In this document: positions 8,091 through 18,493 of the stretch, piece after piece
Layout: each line of letters opens with the position of its first letter
Position numbering within the stretch: the first letter of the stretch is position 1
From: a virus
Taxonomy: Duplodnaviria > Caudoviricetes
Direction: 5' to 3' (one strand)
Virus record (IMG/VR): IMGVR_UViG_3300049140_000190
Span: 1 to 32,488 of that record
Length of the DNA stretch: 32,488 nt
The notes under the pieces: generated by a model
Seen by the model: only the letters and a program-made list of their open reading frames with translations
What the model was told of the DNA's origin: nothing
Database searches by the model: none
Program-made: the position numbers and the translations under genes

Positions 8091-8993
8091 TCACGCCTTG
8101 ACCTTGAAACCGCGCTTGACGCCCAGCTTTTCGAGAGACGCCTTGCCGGGGATGCCGTCGGCCGCGGAGCCGGTGTAACCGCACCTCCGCTGCCACTTGG
8201 CGTAGGCCGCGACGGTCGTCGAGCCGAAGGAGCCGTCGCCCGCGTAGGTCGCGGAGAGGAGGCCCTCCGCCTTCAGGGCCGCTTCGACGATGCGGACGTC
8301 AGCCGCGTGAGTCGTGCCGCCCTGTCGCAGGCCCGGGTCCCGTCGCGCAGCCGCGACCACGTTGGACAGGTCAACGGTTGGCTTCGCCGCAGGCTTCGGG
8401 GCCGCCGGCTTCGGGGTCGTGGTCTTCGGGGCCGCCTTGAAGATGGCCGCCTTGTCGATCGCGCCCGGGTCCCAGTGGTCGTTACCCGGGATGTTGCAGT
8501 GGCCGTAGTGCCCGCCCTTCGTCGCCCACGTGGTGCGATTCCGAGGGGAGTTGCTGGAGTAGCTCGACGCCAGGGCTCCAGCGGGCCAGGTGTCCGGGAC
8601 ACCCCACGAGCGGATCGCACGCATGAGGGCCTTGAAGTTGGGGCCCGGCTTCCAGTAGCCGGTGAAGGGCTTGCCGGCGCGGGCAAGGACTTCGATCTGA
8701 ATGCAGACCTTGCCCGAGCGGTTCGTCCTCGTCGACCCGTCGTTCCGCAGCGCGCGAGCCGACTGGTTCAGCGGGCCGTACTGCGCCAGGCGGTCAGTCG
8801 TCGGGTCATAGAGGATGTGCGGCTCAGAGGCCGCACGGATGAGGTACGAGCCCACGGCGTTGAAGGCCGCGTTGCCTGCGCCGGATTCCGTGGTGTGCCA
8901 GACGACGCGAGGCGGAGCCGACGGGGTGTCCATCGATCCGCCGATGCTGCCGTCGCCCAGCCGCTCCGCTTCCTTGATCCATATTTCAGGCAT
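8091..8993 (-). CDS. Endolysin: N-acetylmuramoyl-L-alanine amidase plus C-terminal peptidoglycan-binding domain (300 aa)
   Basis: VVWHTTE, IQIEV, HYGHCNIPGNDHWDPG motifs; Pro/Lys/Ala linker; DGSFGSTT..ADGIPG; GGAGG RBS before ATG 8993. Confidence 0.92.
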   Translation of the reverse strand: MPEIWIKEAERLGDGSIGGSMDTPSAPPRVVWHTTESGAGNAAFNAVGSYLIRAASEPHILYDPTTDRLAQYGPLNQSARALRNDGSTRTNRSGKVCIQIEVLARAGKPFTGYWKPGPNFKALMRAIRSWGVPDTWPAGALASSYSSNSPRNRTTWATKGGHYGHCNIPGNDHWDPGAIDKAAIFKAAPKTTTPKPAAPKPAAKPTVDLSNVVAAARRDPGLRQGGTTHAADVRIVEAALKAEGLLSATYAGDGSFGSTTVAAYAKWQRRCGYTGSAADGIPGKASLEKLGVKRGFKVKA

Positions 8994-9013
8994 GCGATCC
9001 CCTCCAGGGCATG

Positions 9014-9040
9014 AAAAAGGCCCCGTCGCTGCGGGGCTTC
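9014..9040 (-). terminator. Intrinsic terminator between the tail and lysis genes
   Basis: Minus strand GAAGCCCCG-CAGCGA-CGGGGCC-TTTTT. Confidence 0.75.
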
Positions 9041-9058
9041 GTTGGGTGTGCGGTGCGG

Positions 9059-9664
9059 TTAGTCGATGCTGAAGCGGACGTCGTCGAGGGATATCCACGT
9101 GGTCTTTGAGTTGAGTTGGCACGCGAAGTTCATAGAACCGTCAGTGCCTACCGCGAGTCGCGCGGAGTGGTACGTCGTCGCGGTCACCGTGTGGAGGTTC
9201 GTCGCGACGGTGAAGTACCGCCATCCGCCTGTGGGTCGGGCCTCAGTCGGCAGCGTTCCGAAGCGCGTTTCGTCGTTCGTGACGAAGTTGCCGTTGTTCG
9301 TCCGACGGATCGTTCCGCGGAGTTCGACGGTGTTGTTCACTATGCGGTAGGCGGGCCCGCCGGATTCCGCGCTGTAACCGGACGAGAACGTAAACGGCTT
9401 CCACGGTCCAGGCGACAACGGCCGCCAAACGTTGTCTCCGTCGCGCCTGTCCCATCGGTCTTCCGCGACGAGGTATGTAATCATGCCGGGAACGGGAGCC
9501 GTTGCGCCTGACAACGCCGCTGCACGGGCGTTGGCGTTGGCGAAACGCATGACCGTCCGGGGAACGATGCCGTCGACGATGCCCTTTAGGGCCTCTTCGA
9601 TATCGGGCACATCCCCCAGGACCGGGTACTGAACTCCCTGGGCGTATGCGTCATTCTTGGGCAT
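9059..9664 (-). CDS. Minor tail protein (201 aa)
   Basis: Follows the tail-tip genes; C-terminal VELRG..GTLPTEARP..WISLDDVRF resembles a phage fibre C-terminal domain; GGAGG RBS. Confidence 0.8.
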   Translation of the reverse strand: MPKNDAYAQGVQYPVLGDVPDIEEALKGIVDGIVPRTVMRFANANARAAALSGATAPVPGMITYLVAEDRWDRRDGDNVWRPLSPGPWKPFTFSSGYSAESGGPAYRIVNNTVELRGTIRRTNNGNFVTNDETRFGTLPTEARPTGGWRYFTVATNLHTVTATTYHSARLAVGTDGSMNFACQLNSKTTWISLDDVRFSID

Positions 9665-9699
9665 GGGTGTGGCGCCTCCTCCAGCGCTTTACGAATAGG

Positions 9700-9954
9700 T
9701 CAGACAAGGGCGCCGTCGACAATCCAATTTCCGTCGGCATTGCGAGACACCTTGACGACGTCGTTAACTGCCGGGGCGGAATAGGACTTCAGCCGGCGAA
9801 CCCCGGCGACAGGTCCGCGGGCGGTACTCACGTCGACGGTTCCGTTCGCGTTGACCACGGTCACCTTGGCCAGGAACCAGGAGGCCGCGCGCTGCTCGAC
9901 GGCCCGCTGAGCGGCCCGCTGAACTGCGTCTATGAGGGTCTCCAGGGCTGTCAC
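9700..9954 (-). CDS. Small minor tail protein (84 aa)
   Basis: GTGA overlap with the upstream gene; beta-rich; tail module position. Confidence 0.75.
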   Translation of the reverse strand: MTALETLIDAVQRAAQRAVEQRAASWFLAKVTVVNANGTVDVSTARGPVAGVRRLKSYSAPAVNDVVKVSRNADGNWIVDGALV

Positions 9955-11060
9955 GGCGCCTCCTCCTTCCCTCCGCGGAGGGTGATGGAGAAGTCGCCCT
10001 CAGCTGTCAGCGGCACCGTGAGGGACTGCATCAGGAACCGCTCCTTTCGCCCTGCGTGGGTGAGGCGGATAATGTCGTTGCCCTCCAGTGCAGGGTTCGG
10101 GAGGGTGTCAAGAGAGGTCTGTACGTTCGGCGCTATTGCGTCGTACAGATCGAAATTCGCGGCATTCTGACAGTCGCCCGCGGTAATCCAGAGGGCCGAC
10201 GAAATGAATTTCGTCACCTTGCCGAATGGGCCGCCGTATCTCGTCGGGCTAGTCGGCCCTGTGTCGCGGGCGTAGGCGCTTACGGGAGCGGCACCTGAAG
10301 CCGTGTTCTCACCGGAGGCGACAACGGCGTTGTAAACGGCCGTTCTTGAGATCGAACGGGCGGAGGAGATGAGGTTTCCCCCCTCCCCCTCCGCGATGTC
10401 CCAGGCAACGGGGCCGTTTACGACGTCGGGCAAGTCGGTGATGACGAAACGGTTTTGAGCGTCGACGTAGATCTCCGCACTCATCGCACGGGCTATCTGT
10501 GTAATCGCGTCCCAACGGTCGCTTCCTGCGTCCCACATGGCGACAGCAACGACTGGGTTCCTGTTGCCGGTCGTCAGGTTGGTGACGACGGCGTCCGGGA
10601 GCGTTTGGCGAATGAGCGTCGTCATCGCGTCGACGCAGCCGCCCAGTCCGCGGGTGGTGGTAGGGACCTGGAATTTGTCGTCGATGATGGCGGATTCCAT
10701 CGTCGTCCCCGAAACCGTGACGGGCCCGAAGTGGACGTCGCCAGATGGGTCGTCGATACGGAATGTCCCGAGCGGCACCCATTCCTCGTCGCCGTTCGTG
10801 TACCGGATGCCGCGGGACACGACGAGCTGTTGCCCGTAGGGGGAAAGGACGTCCGTCTCACCCCAGGGCAGGAGTGCGGGGTCCGGCACCGTGAGGGACA
10901 GCTTCCGCCGGCTCTTGCTCGCGCGGTCGACGGTGACGGAGCCCGAGTCGAACGGGAGGTTGGCGCGGACGAGTTGGCCGGCGTAGTAGGCGTCGACCCT
11001 CGCGACCATGACGTGGGAGGTCGCGAGGGTTCGCAGGAACGTAGGTGTGACGGGGTACAT
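9951..11060 (-). CDS. Minor tail / baseplate hub protein (DUF5047-like, 369 aa)
   Basis: MYPVTPTFL..., EWVPLGTF, YNAVVASGE, PNPALE.D motifs typical of actinophage hub proteins; gene order. Confidence 0.8.
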   Translation of the reverse strand: MYPVTPTFLRTLATSHVMVARVDAYYAGQLVRANLPFDSGSVTVDRASKSRRKLSLTVPDPALLPWGETDVLSPYGQQLVVSRGIRYTNGDEEWVPLGTFRIDDPSGDVHFGPVTVSGTTMESAIIDDKFQVPTTTRGLGGCVDAMTTLIRQTLPDAVVTNLTTGNRNPVVAVAMWDAGSDRWDAITQIARAMSAEIYVDAQNRFVITDLPDVVNGPVAWDIAEGEGGNLISSARSISRTAVYNAVVASGENTASGAAPVSAYARDTGPTSPTRYGGPFGKVTKFISSALWITAGDCQNAANFDLYDAIAPNVQTSLDTLPNPALEGNDIIRLTHAGRKERFLMQSLTVPLTAEGDFSITLRGGKEEAP

Positions 11061-11067
11061 CAGTCCC

Positions 11068-13284
11068 TCACGCTCCTGTGTAGACGTCGAGCCACGAGGC
11101 CTTGTCGGACAGGACGTCGGCCCACGTCGGCCCCTCGTCCTTGACGGTCTGCCATGTACGGTCTGCGCTGCCCATGACGCCACCGATGGGCCGGTCGACT
11201 TCGGTCAGCGGAAGGACCCATGTGCGGTCGTGGAAGTCGGCAAAGTCGGCGATGGGGGCTGCCGTGACGTCGCCAACCGAGACGTACATGTCCGCCTCAC
11301 CCCAACCTGGGGGCCACTGGAGGAGGAGCACGCTGCCCGTTTCAAGGACCCAGTCGAGCGCCTGGCGCTCCGCGGAGGTCTCCGTGACCACGGTCAGGTC
11401 ACCCACCTTGCCGCCGCGCACGTCGCTGATGACGACGGGCAGACGTCGGCCGCGGACCTGGCTGACTCCCTGGCGGGCAGGTGTGCGCCAGGTCGGCATA
11501 GGTGTCGCCACAGTGACCTGGCACGAGCGCTGCGGCAGCCCAGGGTCCTTCAGCCACACTGTGGTGTCGCCCACGGGCAGGGTGACGGCGTCGGATGTGT
11601 AGGACCGCCACGAGGCTCCGTCCTCCGACCGGATCGTCACGCGCCAGGTGACGGGCACCCCTAGCGGGGCCTCGTAGTCAGTGACGACGGCGATGTCCCC
11701 CGTCACGGTCTGGTCGGTGAGGTCGCCGGACCATCCCCGTACCGGAGATGAGCCACCCTTGCCGTCGAGGCGGACGAGGCTCCACGTCCACGCGGGACCG
11801 CCTGTGGTCAGGCCGCTGACGATGAGTGCCACGCCGCCTCCTGGTGCTTCGGTGGCAGCCACCGTGAGACCACCTGGCGTCAGCGATACACGGTCCAGGT
11901 AGAAGGTGTGACCGGCGGGAGCGTCGGTGATGCCCATGGACACCCGGACCCCCACCGCACCTTCGGGCGCGATGTCTCCAGCCGGGCCTAGGTACCATCC
12001 GGATGTGGAACCGGAGAGCCACTTGTTCCACCGGTCGCGCAGGACGGCCCCGTTGACGTCGAGCCACTCGAACCGCGTCGTAAAGGGGTAGGCGTCAACC
12101 GGGGAGCGCGTCGGGAACTTCAGTTGGTAGGACTGCCCAGGGACGATGGGTGTCGTCGGCGTGACGTCCAACGAGACGTTCAGGTCTCCGCCAGAGGCCA
12201 CTACCTGCACGGCATAGTCGCCGTGGTAGACGTAAGCCCCGCTGTGGGTCAGCGTGGCCCCGGTCGCCGTCCATCCGGTGATGCCTCCCTCTACGTCGCT
12301 CTGCGCGTAAGGGATCAGGTTGTCAGGGACGACGGCCGTCGTCAGGTCCAGGAAGCGCATGATGTCGCAGGTCCAGGACTGCCCCGCTGCCATGGCCACG
12401 GGTGCAAGGACGAGCCGTGCGGTAGCAGCGCCGACAGGCGCTACCGCCACGGTGTTGCATGCGGTCCAGGCCGACGACGTGAGAGTCCATGGGTTGCCCG
12501 TGGTGACCTGGAGCTGCGTTTCCGCCGAGTCGTACCAGTAGATATCGACCCGCATCGCGGGGCCGGCACTGCGCGCAACCATCTGCGCCATGTACGTGGT
12601 GCCGGGAGTCACCGGAACCAGCGGGCCAGCCGTTCGCATCTGCCCCGCGGCCGTCGACGTCAAGAGGAGGCTGTACCAGCCTTCGAAGGCCACGGTCGTC
12701 GTTCGGCTGACGGTGGTTAGGTCCCACGCCGTCCATTCGGACGCGTCCCCCTCCACGCTCGACGCCGTGTAGGGCATGCGGTTGAAAGTTTGGTTGTTGT
12801 TCGGGAGGCCGAAGGTAACGCGGTCCACGGCCACCTGAGCGCCTGAGCCCAGTCCCGTGACGGTGACGGTGATTGCCGCGTGAGTGGCACCCGCGGGAGC
12901 GGGGGCGGTCACCTGCGGCGGAGGGGTGTTCCAATCCGTCGTAGTGGTCAGCGTGGTTGCGGTGCTGGTCGACGTCGAGATGGCCGACCCGCCGGTGGGA
13001 GCGGAGTACCAACTGATGCGAACCGTCGACGTCCGCCCCGCGATGGCCACGAGGTTAACGAAGTACGCGTAAGCCTGGTAGACGGTGCCAGCCGTAACGG
13101 CGACGCGGGAAGCCGTCGTCGCCGTTACCGTGCCAGCCGCTGATGCTTGCAGTCCCAAGGACGCAGCGCCCGCGTAGAAGCGGGTGGACTTGAAGAGCGT
13201 TGTGTTCGCCCCCGCAGCCCACCCGCTTACGTCCGTCTCCACCGACTCCGTGTTCGCAGACAGGAGGTTGGTGGGAACGCTCAT
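11068..13284 (-). CDS. Distal-tail-like minor tail protein with three N-terminal carbohydrate-binding-like repeats (738 aa)
   Basis: Three modules of about 155 aa starting NLLS..VETDVSGW, NRMP..VEGDASEW, NLIP..VEGGITGW; first large gene after the tape measure. Confidence 0.75.
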   Translation of the reverse strand: MSVPTNLLSANTESVETDVSGWAAGANTTLFKSTRFYAGAASLGLQASAAGTVTATTASRVAVTAGTVYQAYAYFVNLVAIAGRTSTVRISWYSAPTGGSAISTSTSTATTLTTTTDWNTPPPQVTAPAPAGATHAAITVTVTGLGSGAQVAVDRVTFGLPNNNQTFNRMPYTASSVEGDASEWTAWDLTTVSRTTTVAFEGWYSLLLTSTAAGQMRTAGPLVPVTPGTTYMAQMVARSAGPAMRVDIYWYDSAETQLQVTTGNPWTLTSSAWTACNTVAVAPVGAATARLVLAPVAMAAGQSWTCDIMRFLDLTTAVVPDNLIPYAQSDVEGGITGWTATGATLTHSGAYVYHGDYAVQVVASGGDLNVSLDVTPTTPIVPGQSYQLKFPTRSPVDAYPFTTRFEWLDVNGAVLRDRWNKWLSGSTSGWYLGPAGDIAPEGAVGVRVSMGITDAPAGHTFYLDRVSLTPGGLTVAATEAPGGGVALIVSGLTTGGPAWTWSLVRLDGKGGSSPVRGWSGDLTDQTVTGDIAVVTDYEAPLGVPVTWRVTIRSEDGASWRSYTSDAVTLPVGDTTVWLKDPGLPQRSCQVTVATPMPTWRTPARQGVSQVRGRRLPVVISDVRGGKVGDLTVVTETSAERQALDWVLETGSVLLLQWPPGWGEADMYVSVGDVTAAPIADFADFHDRTWVLPLTEVDRPIGGVMGSADRTWQTVKDEGPTWADVLSDKASWLDVYTGA

Positions 13285-13436
13285 CCGCCTTCGGCCCCCC
13301 GCTCACCTGGGGTGTATGGCAACGGGGGCGGAGGCGGGTCCGCGGGGATGGTGTCGTAGTCGACGATCGGCGGCACCTCTACGGTGACCGGCGGCTCTGT
13401 CGGCTCCGTGGGCTCTTCCGGAGTCTCGTCGGGCAT
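13281..13436 (-). CDS. Small acidic Pro-rich protein (51 aa, MPDETPEEPTEP...)
   Basis: ATG 2 nt after the tape measure stop; ATGA overlap with the next gene. Confidence 0.6.
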   Translation of the reverse strand: MPDETPEEPTEPTEPPVTVEVPPIVDYDTIPADPPPPPLPYTPGERGAEGG

Positions 13437-13438
13437 GG

Positions 13439-16400
13439 TCAGACCCACCTTCCTGTGTTGAGGGCAGACGCTGCGTCGTCGCCGTGAACTTTGATTCGGT
13501 TGTCGACGAAGCCGCCGACTTCGCGTCCGTCGAGGTAGGTGCGTGACTCGACGTTGACCGTTACGGGACCGCCTCCGCTCTTCGCCGCCCTGATGTCGTC
13601 CCACTGGGAACCGGTGAACACCGGCTCAGGGCGTCCCGTGCCGTTGGCGACGAGAGACAGGCCCGTCGGGAGGTACCCGCCGTCGTCGTACCAGTGCGGG
13701 GAGCGCGCGAGCCACTTCGAGTAGGCCGCGGACGGGGAGCCGTAGTCGGGGCGGCCCTTGATGTACGAGAGGCCCCACCGGATTTGCGTCTTGTAGTTCG
13801 TCAGCCAGTCCGCGCCGGCCGTCCGCATCTTCTCCGGGGGAAGAGCCTGCGGAATGCCGTAGGCGCCGGAGGCGGGGTTGCGGGCATTCCAGCGCCAGTT
13901 GGACTCACCGTCCCACAATTTCTTGAGGGGGCCGAACTGCGACGAGCCCCATCCGTACTGGCTCAGGATGCTCTTCGCGTAGTTCTGTGCGGCTCCCTGT
14001 GCTGCGGCCTCGAACCCCTTGCCGCCCTGGAGGTACTGCATCGGGTCGACGGTCTTACCGTTCAGCCTCGCCTCCAGGTGGAGGTGCGGGCCGGTGGTGT
14101 TGCCGGTTGCGCCGACGTCGCCGATACGCGTTCCCGCACTGACACCGAAGCCGTTCGACGTCCGGGTCTTCGACAGGTGCGCGTAGAGGGACTGAAGTCC
14201 CCCGCCATGGTTGACGATGAGGTGGTTACCGTAGGGGCCGCCAGAGCCGACCTTCGACACCGTCCCGTTCGCCACGGCCTTGACTGGTGTTCCCGTCGCT
14301 GCGGGGAAGTCGAGGCCCGTGTGATAGCCGGATGACCAGTGCGGTCCGGGGACGCCGAAGCGCGTTCCGTAGCCGGCGTTAACGGGCTTCAGCCAGGCGC
14401 CTCCCGCTCCTCCACCTCCGGAGAAGAGGTTGGAGACAGCGTCGACTATCTTGTTCTTGAGACCGCCCACCATGAGCTTGGGGAGCTTGCCCAGAGCCTG
14501 GCCGTAAGGCGCGTCACCGACACCGTCAGCGACCTTCGCAAGGACGGGCTTCGTGAGCGTCGACCAGACCTTGCCAGGGTCGGTCATGAGGTTCGCAGCC
14601 GTCTTCGCCCAGTCGATGCCCGTACCGATGACGTCGGAGACCTTGTCCTTCGTCCAGTCCCAGACACCGCCGATGATGCCGCCGTCCTCCAAGAGCTGAG
14701 TGCCGGCCTGAGCGTGGAGAGCAACCGCGCGGGATCTGTACTTCGGGTCCGTCGGGATGACGAATTCGGGGTACCGCGGGTTTCCCTCACCGACAATTGC
14801 CGTCGGCCGGTTGACCTTCATCGGCTTCGCTACGCCCCAGCCGTCGCCGACCGTTCCGCCCGCTTCGAGGAGCTGAGGAGCCTTCGGGAGCGGGTCCATT
14901 CCGACGTACTTACTGACGCCGTCGAAGAGAGCCTTGATTCCCTTCGTATAAACCCACTCGATCAGGAAGTTCACGGGCTTTTTGGCAATGTTGGAGATTT
15001 GACCCCAGTTCTTGCCAATGGCGTCCTTGGCGTGCCGGAATCCCTCGCCGACAAGCCTTACGCCTTCCTTGATCTTGTCGAAGGCCGGCTTCAGTCCCTT
15101 GTTCCAGAGCCAAGAGACCTTGTCTGCGATGAAGTCGACGTGCGGCTTCACGCCCTTGTCGTAGAGCCATTTGAAGACTCCTCCGACGGCGCGGAGAATT
15201 TCCATCACGAAGCCGAAATAGCGCTTCACGATGTTGTTCCACCACCACACAATCAGGTCGCCGATAAACCCGAGGATGGGGCGCCAGAAGTGTTCCCATA
15301 CCCACTTCAGCACGTCACCGACGCGCTTCCAGTACGCAATGAGGAAGTCAAAGTAGGGCTTCAGGAGGTTGTCCCACACCCACTTGAAAACCTCTCCTAC
15401 CTTGGTCCAGTAGGCGATGAGGAAATCGATGTAGGGCTTGAGCCAGTGATCCCAGACCCATTTGAAGATCTCGCCGACCTTGGTCCAGTAGGCGATCAGG
15501 AAGCCGATATACGGCCTGATCACGTGCTCCCAGAGCCACATGACGATGCCGCCGAACCACGTGAAGAACGGCCGGAGGTATCGCTCCCAGACTTCCACGG
15601 TCTTGTCGCGGATGGCGTTCCAGGCTGCGGTTACGGCCTCCCGGAATCCCTCGTTGTTGTCCCAGAGGTATTTCAGCCCCAGGGCGAGGAGGGCAATTCC
15701 CATGATGATGGCGCCGATGGGATTCATTGCCATGGCGAGATTCCACAGCTTCGTCGCAACCCACAGGCCGTAGATTAGCTGGATAGCCCACGGCGCCTTC
15801 TCTGCGACGTAGCGGATTCCGTCGGCCACATTGCCCAGCGTTTCGAGGATGACCTTGGAGAAAGGCTCCAGCGCCTTAGCCAGGTCGTAGAGGGCGCCTC
15901 CGAGTTTCTTCAGCGTGTCGGAGACGAATGGGCCCATCTCCCTCACGTAGCTGAGGAAATCCTCGAATTCCTTGGAGCCGTTTAGGCTCGTCCCCCAGTT
16001 TGCGAATCGTCCGGTGATCCGCTGCATGCGCTCCGATATGGAGTCCATGTGCGGGAAGAAGGCTTCGAGGGCGCCAGCCATGCCCTTAAAGACGTTACCG
16101 AAGCTGATTCCAAGTCCCTCGATAGCGGGCTTTGCCGCCGTCGAGATTCCCGTTTTGAAGCGCTGCCAGAAAGGCTCTTTCAGGTCCGCACTCGCGCGGT
16201 CCATTACCTCCTGGATACCGTCAGCGGCACTCCGAACGAGAGGCGTCAGACCAGGAAGGGACCGCTTCGCTCCGTTGACGAGTCGTGTGAAGATCGGGAG
16301 GACGTCCGGCTGAAGGGATTTCGACCATTCCTTGAATGCGGGAATGAGTCCCTGCGGGCCGGCGATGGAGTCGTAGAGATCCCGCTGTTCCGGCGTCAGC

Positions 16401-18490
16401 TTCGCGAGTGCCTTACGGTACTCGTCCGCTTTCGTCACGGCCTTCGCCGTGGTGTCGATGCTGGAGAGGCGAGCCGACTCGACGCCACGCTCAGCGGAGG
16501 TGATGGATTCCGCGGCCTGAACCTGAGCGTCGGCCGCAGCCTGCACAGCGTCGGACATGGCCCGCTGGGCGTCGGCGACGGTCTGAGCCGCCTCCACCTG
16601 CGCACGCGCGGCGTCTCTGTGGGACTGCGCGACCGCTAGCGTCTGATCCTGGACCTTGCGCTGTGCTTCCGCGAGGCGCTCAGCGGCAGTCTTGACCTGT
16701 TCGTTGCCGTCAACGCCAGCACGCTTCGCTGCCTCCGCGTCCTTCTGGAGCTGCGCGTAGTCCTTCTTCTGCTGAGCGGCAGACTGGACCGACTGGTCGT
16801 AGGCAAGCTGTGCGCGCTGGAGCTGGAGTTCCGTCGCCTTGCCGGCGTCGTACTCCCGCTGTACGCGGTTGAGTTCCTCTTGCGCCTCCTGGACGCGCAA
16901 GGTGGCGTCTCGCTCGTCGAGCCTGCCCCGCTCCAGTTGGGCGTTCAGGTCTTCGAGCTGACGGGCGGCGTCCTCCCGGGCGCGGGTGAGGTCTTCCTCC
17001 GCCTGCTGTGCCTGACGCTTGGCGTCAGTAAGGGACCGTTCGGCGCGTGCAACGTTTTGCGCGGCTTGCTCGCGCTGCTCCATGGCACGGGCCGCTGCCT
17101 GGCCTAGGGCGCGCTCTGCGTCCTCCACCTGGCGGTTCGCCTGCGCGATGGAGCGGGCGGCGTCGCGATGAGCGGCGGCAAGGGACTGCTGAGCAGTCGC
17201 CATCTGAATGGCGTTCTGCGAGGCCCTCACGTTCGCGGCTGCGCTGTTGTCCGTCGCGTTCGCGGCCTCCTTCTCCGCAGCCGTCTTCGCCTGAATGACG
17301 CTGGTGACGCCCTTGATGGCGGGGATGGCTGCCAGAGCGAAGACACCGACGCCCGCACCCGCCGCTAGAGCAGCGGAGGCGATGGCGCCGATGGCGGCTG
17401 CCGCGACAGGGATGACAGGGATTGCCGCCACGCCGGCCAGGGCTATGGAGAGATGGAGGAGAGCAGCGTGAGCCTTTGCCGTGTGCGCGTGGACGCGGAT
17501 ATGGACGTCGTCACGGTCCAGGTCGTTGACCTGGTGCTGAACTACCGCGAGGCTGGCTTCCGCTGCGGCTGCGTCGACCCGAACGTCTACCGTCGGGGTG
17601 CGCCCGCGAAGGCGGTCGATCATCAAGTTCAGGTTCGTGATGGCGGCTCGCGCGCGCCCCGTGTCGACGTCGACCGTGGCCCGCTGTGCGGAGAGTGCCC
17701 GGAGCCGTGCCTGAATTTCACCGATCTGCGCCAGTGCCGTGGCGGCGTCTACGTCGACACCGACCTTGAGATCTCGCATCGCCGTTAGGCGGGCCCGCAG
17801 GGACGCTATCTCCCGCTGTGCTTCCGACGTATCGGCGTCGATGTTGATGTTGGGAAGACTCGCCTCCGCCTCACGGACCGCAGCACGGATGCGAGCGCCT
17901 AGCGCACCATCCGTCTCGATGCGGATGCGAAATGGGTCGGCGGTAGCAGCGTCGATTTCCTCCCGGAACGCCGCTAGAGCGGTGCGTGCTGCCGCCGTGT
18001 CGACACGGACCGCCACGTTAGGGTGTGCGGCTCCCAGCCTGCGGAGTTCGGCCTCCAGCTCCACCACGTGCGCACGAGCGGTTTCGGCGTCGATGTCGAT
18101 CCCGATGCGCTTGTTGGACAGTTGCTCCAGCTTCGCCCGCACGCGTGCGAGTTCTGCGTCCACGCCCGTATCGCTGAGCTTGACGTCCAGCTTGGGCATG
18201 GAGCGGAATGCTTGCTCCAGTTTCGCGCGGAGAGAGCGAGCGAAGGAGCCGCCGGCGTTGTTGCCCTGGCGGGTGGCTGCCGTAGCGGCGGCCCTGCCTC
18301 CCTGGTTCACAGCCTGTGGGAGAGCGACGGTGATGTGGCGCGACATGGCGTCGCCAAACTTCCGGCCAGCCTCCTCCCCCGCCCGTGTGGCTGCGGGGAG
18401 GACGATGGCCTTCAGCTTCTCGTGGAAGAGGGGTGCGACGGGGACGACGTCCACGCCCACGGTTCCGACAATGTCCAGGCCTGCGGCCAT
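13439..18490 (-). CDS. Tape measure protein with C-terminal M23 peptidase and lytic transglycosylase-like domains (1683 aa)
   Basis: Ala-rich coiled coil; Trp-rich 26-aa repeats; HTGLDF..YAHLS..GPHLH (M23); ESNW..ASGAYGIPQALP..YIKGRPDYG (transglycosylase). Confidence 0.96.
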   Translation of the reverse strand: MAAGLDIVGTVGVDVVPVAPLFHEKLKAIVLPAATRAGEEAGRKFGDAMSRHITVALPQAVNQGGRAAATAATRQGNNAGGSFARSLRAKLEQAFRSMPKLDVKLSDTGVDAELARVRAKLEQLSNKRIGIDIDAETARAHVVELEAELRRLGAAHPNVAVRVDTAAARTALAAFREEIDAATADPFRIRIETDGALGARIRAAVREAEASLPNINIDADTSEAQREIASLRARLTAMRDLKVGVDVDAATALAQIGEIQARLRALSAQRATVDVDTGRARAAITNLNLMIDRLRGRTPTVDVRVDAAAAEASLAVVQHQVNDLDRDDVHIRVHAHTAKAHAALLHLSIALAGVAAIPVIPVAAAAIGAIASAALAAGAGVGVFALAAIPAIKGVTSVIQAKTAAEKEAANATDNSAAANVRASQNAIQMATAQQSLAAAHRDAARSIAQANRQVEDAERALGQAAARAMEQREQAAQNVARAERSLTDAKRQAQQAEEDLTRAREDAARQLEDLNAQLERGRLDERDATLRVQEAQEELNRVQREYDAGKATELQLQRAQLAYDQSVQSAAQQKKDYAQLQKDAEAAKRAGVDGNEQVKTAAERLAEAQRKVQDQTLAVAQSHRDAARAQVEAAQTVADAQRAMSDAVQAAADAQVQAAESITSAERGVESARLSSIDTTAKAVTKADEYRKALAKLTPEQRDLYDSIAGPQGLIPAFKEWSKSLQPDVLPIFTRLVNGAKRSLPGLTPLVRSAADGIQEVMDRASADLKEPFWQRFKTGISTAAKPAIEGLGISFGNVFKGMAGALEAFFPHMDSISERMQRITGRFANWGTSLNGSKEFEDFLSYVREMGPFVSDTLKKLGGALYDLAKALEPFSKVILETLGNVADGIRYVAEKAPWAIQLIYGLWVATKLWNLAMAMNPIGAIIMGIALLALGLKYLWDNNEGFREAVTAAWNAIRDKTVEVWERYLRPFFTWFGGIVMWLWEHVIRPYIGFLIAYWTKVGEIFKWVWDHWLKPYIDFLIAYWTKVGEVFKWVWDNLLKPYFDFLIAYWKRVGDVLKWVWEHFWRPILGFIGDLIVWWWNNIVKRYFGFVMEILRAVGGVFKWLYDKGVKPHVDFIADKVSWLWNKGLKPAFDKIKEGVRLVGEGFRHAKDAIGKNWGQISNIAKKPVNFLIEWVYTKGIKALFDGVSKYVGMDPLPKAPQLLEAGGTVGDGWGVAKPMKVNRPTAIVGEGNPRYPEFVIPTDPKYRSRAVALHAQAGTQLLEDGGIIGGVWDWTKDKVSDVIGTGIDWAKTAANLMTDPGKVWSTLTKPVLAKVADGVGDAPYGQALGKLPKLMVGGLKNKIVDAVSNLFSGGGGAGGAWLKPVNAGYGTRFGVPGPHWSSGYHTGLDFPAATGTPVKAVANGTVSKVGSGGPYGNHLIVNHGGGLQSLYAHLSKTRTSNGFGVSAGTRIGDVGATGNTTGPHLHLEARLNGKTVDPMQYLQGGKGFEAAAQGAAQNYAKSILSQYGWGSSQFGPLKKLWDGESNWRWNARNPASGAYGIPQALPPEKMRTAGADWLTNYKTQIRWGLSYIKGRPDYGSPSAAYSKWLARSPHWYDDGGYLPTGLSLVANGTGRPEPVFTGSQWDDIRAAKSGGGPVTVNVESRTYLDGREVGGFVDNRIKVHGDDAASALNTGRWV

Positions 18491-18493
18491 GGG

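Noticed and set aside
6527-9014. Long plus-strand ORFs (464 aa, 424 aa; likewise 14339-15778 and 21544-22704)
   Set aside because: Antisense shadows of clear minus-strand genes, as expected in high-GC DNA; no recognisable motifs.
15290-15545. 78-bp-period repeats as a CRISPR or mobile repeat
   Set aside because: They are in-frame 26-aa Trp-rich repeats of the tape measure protein.
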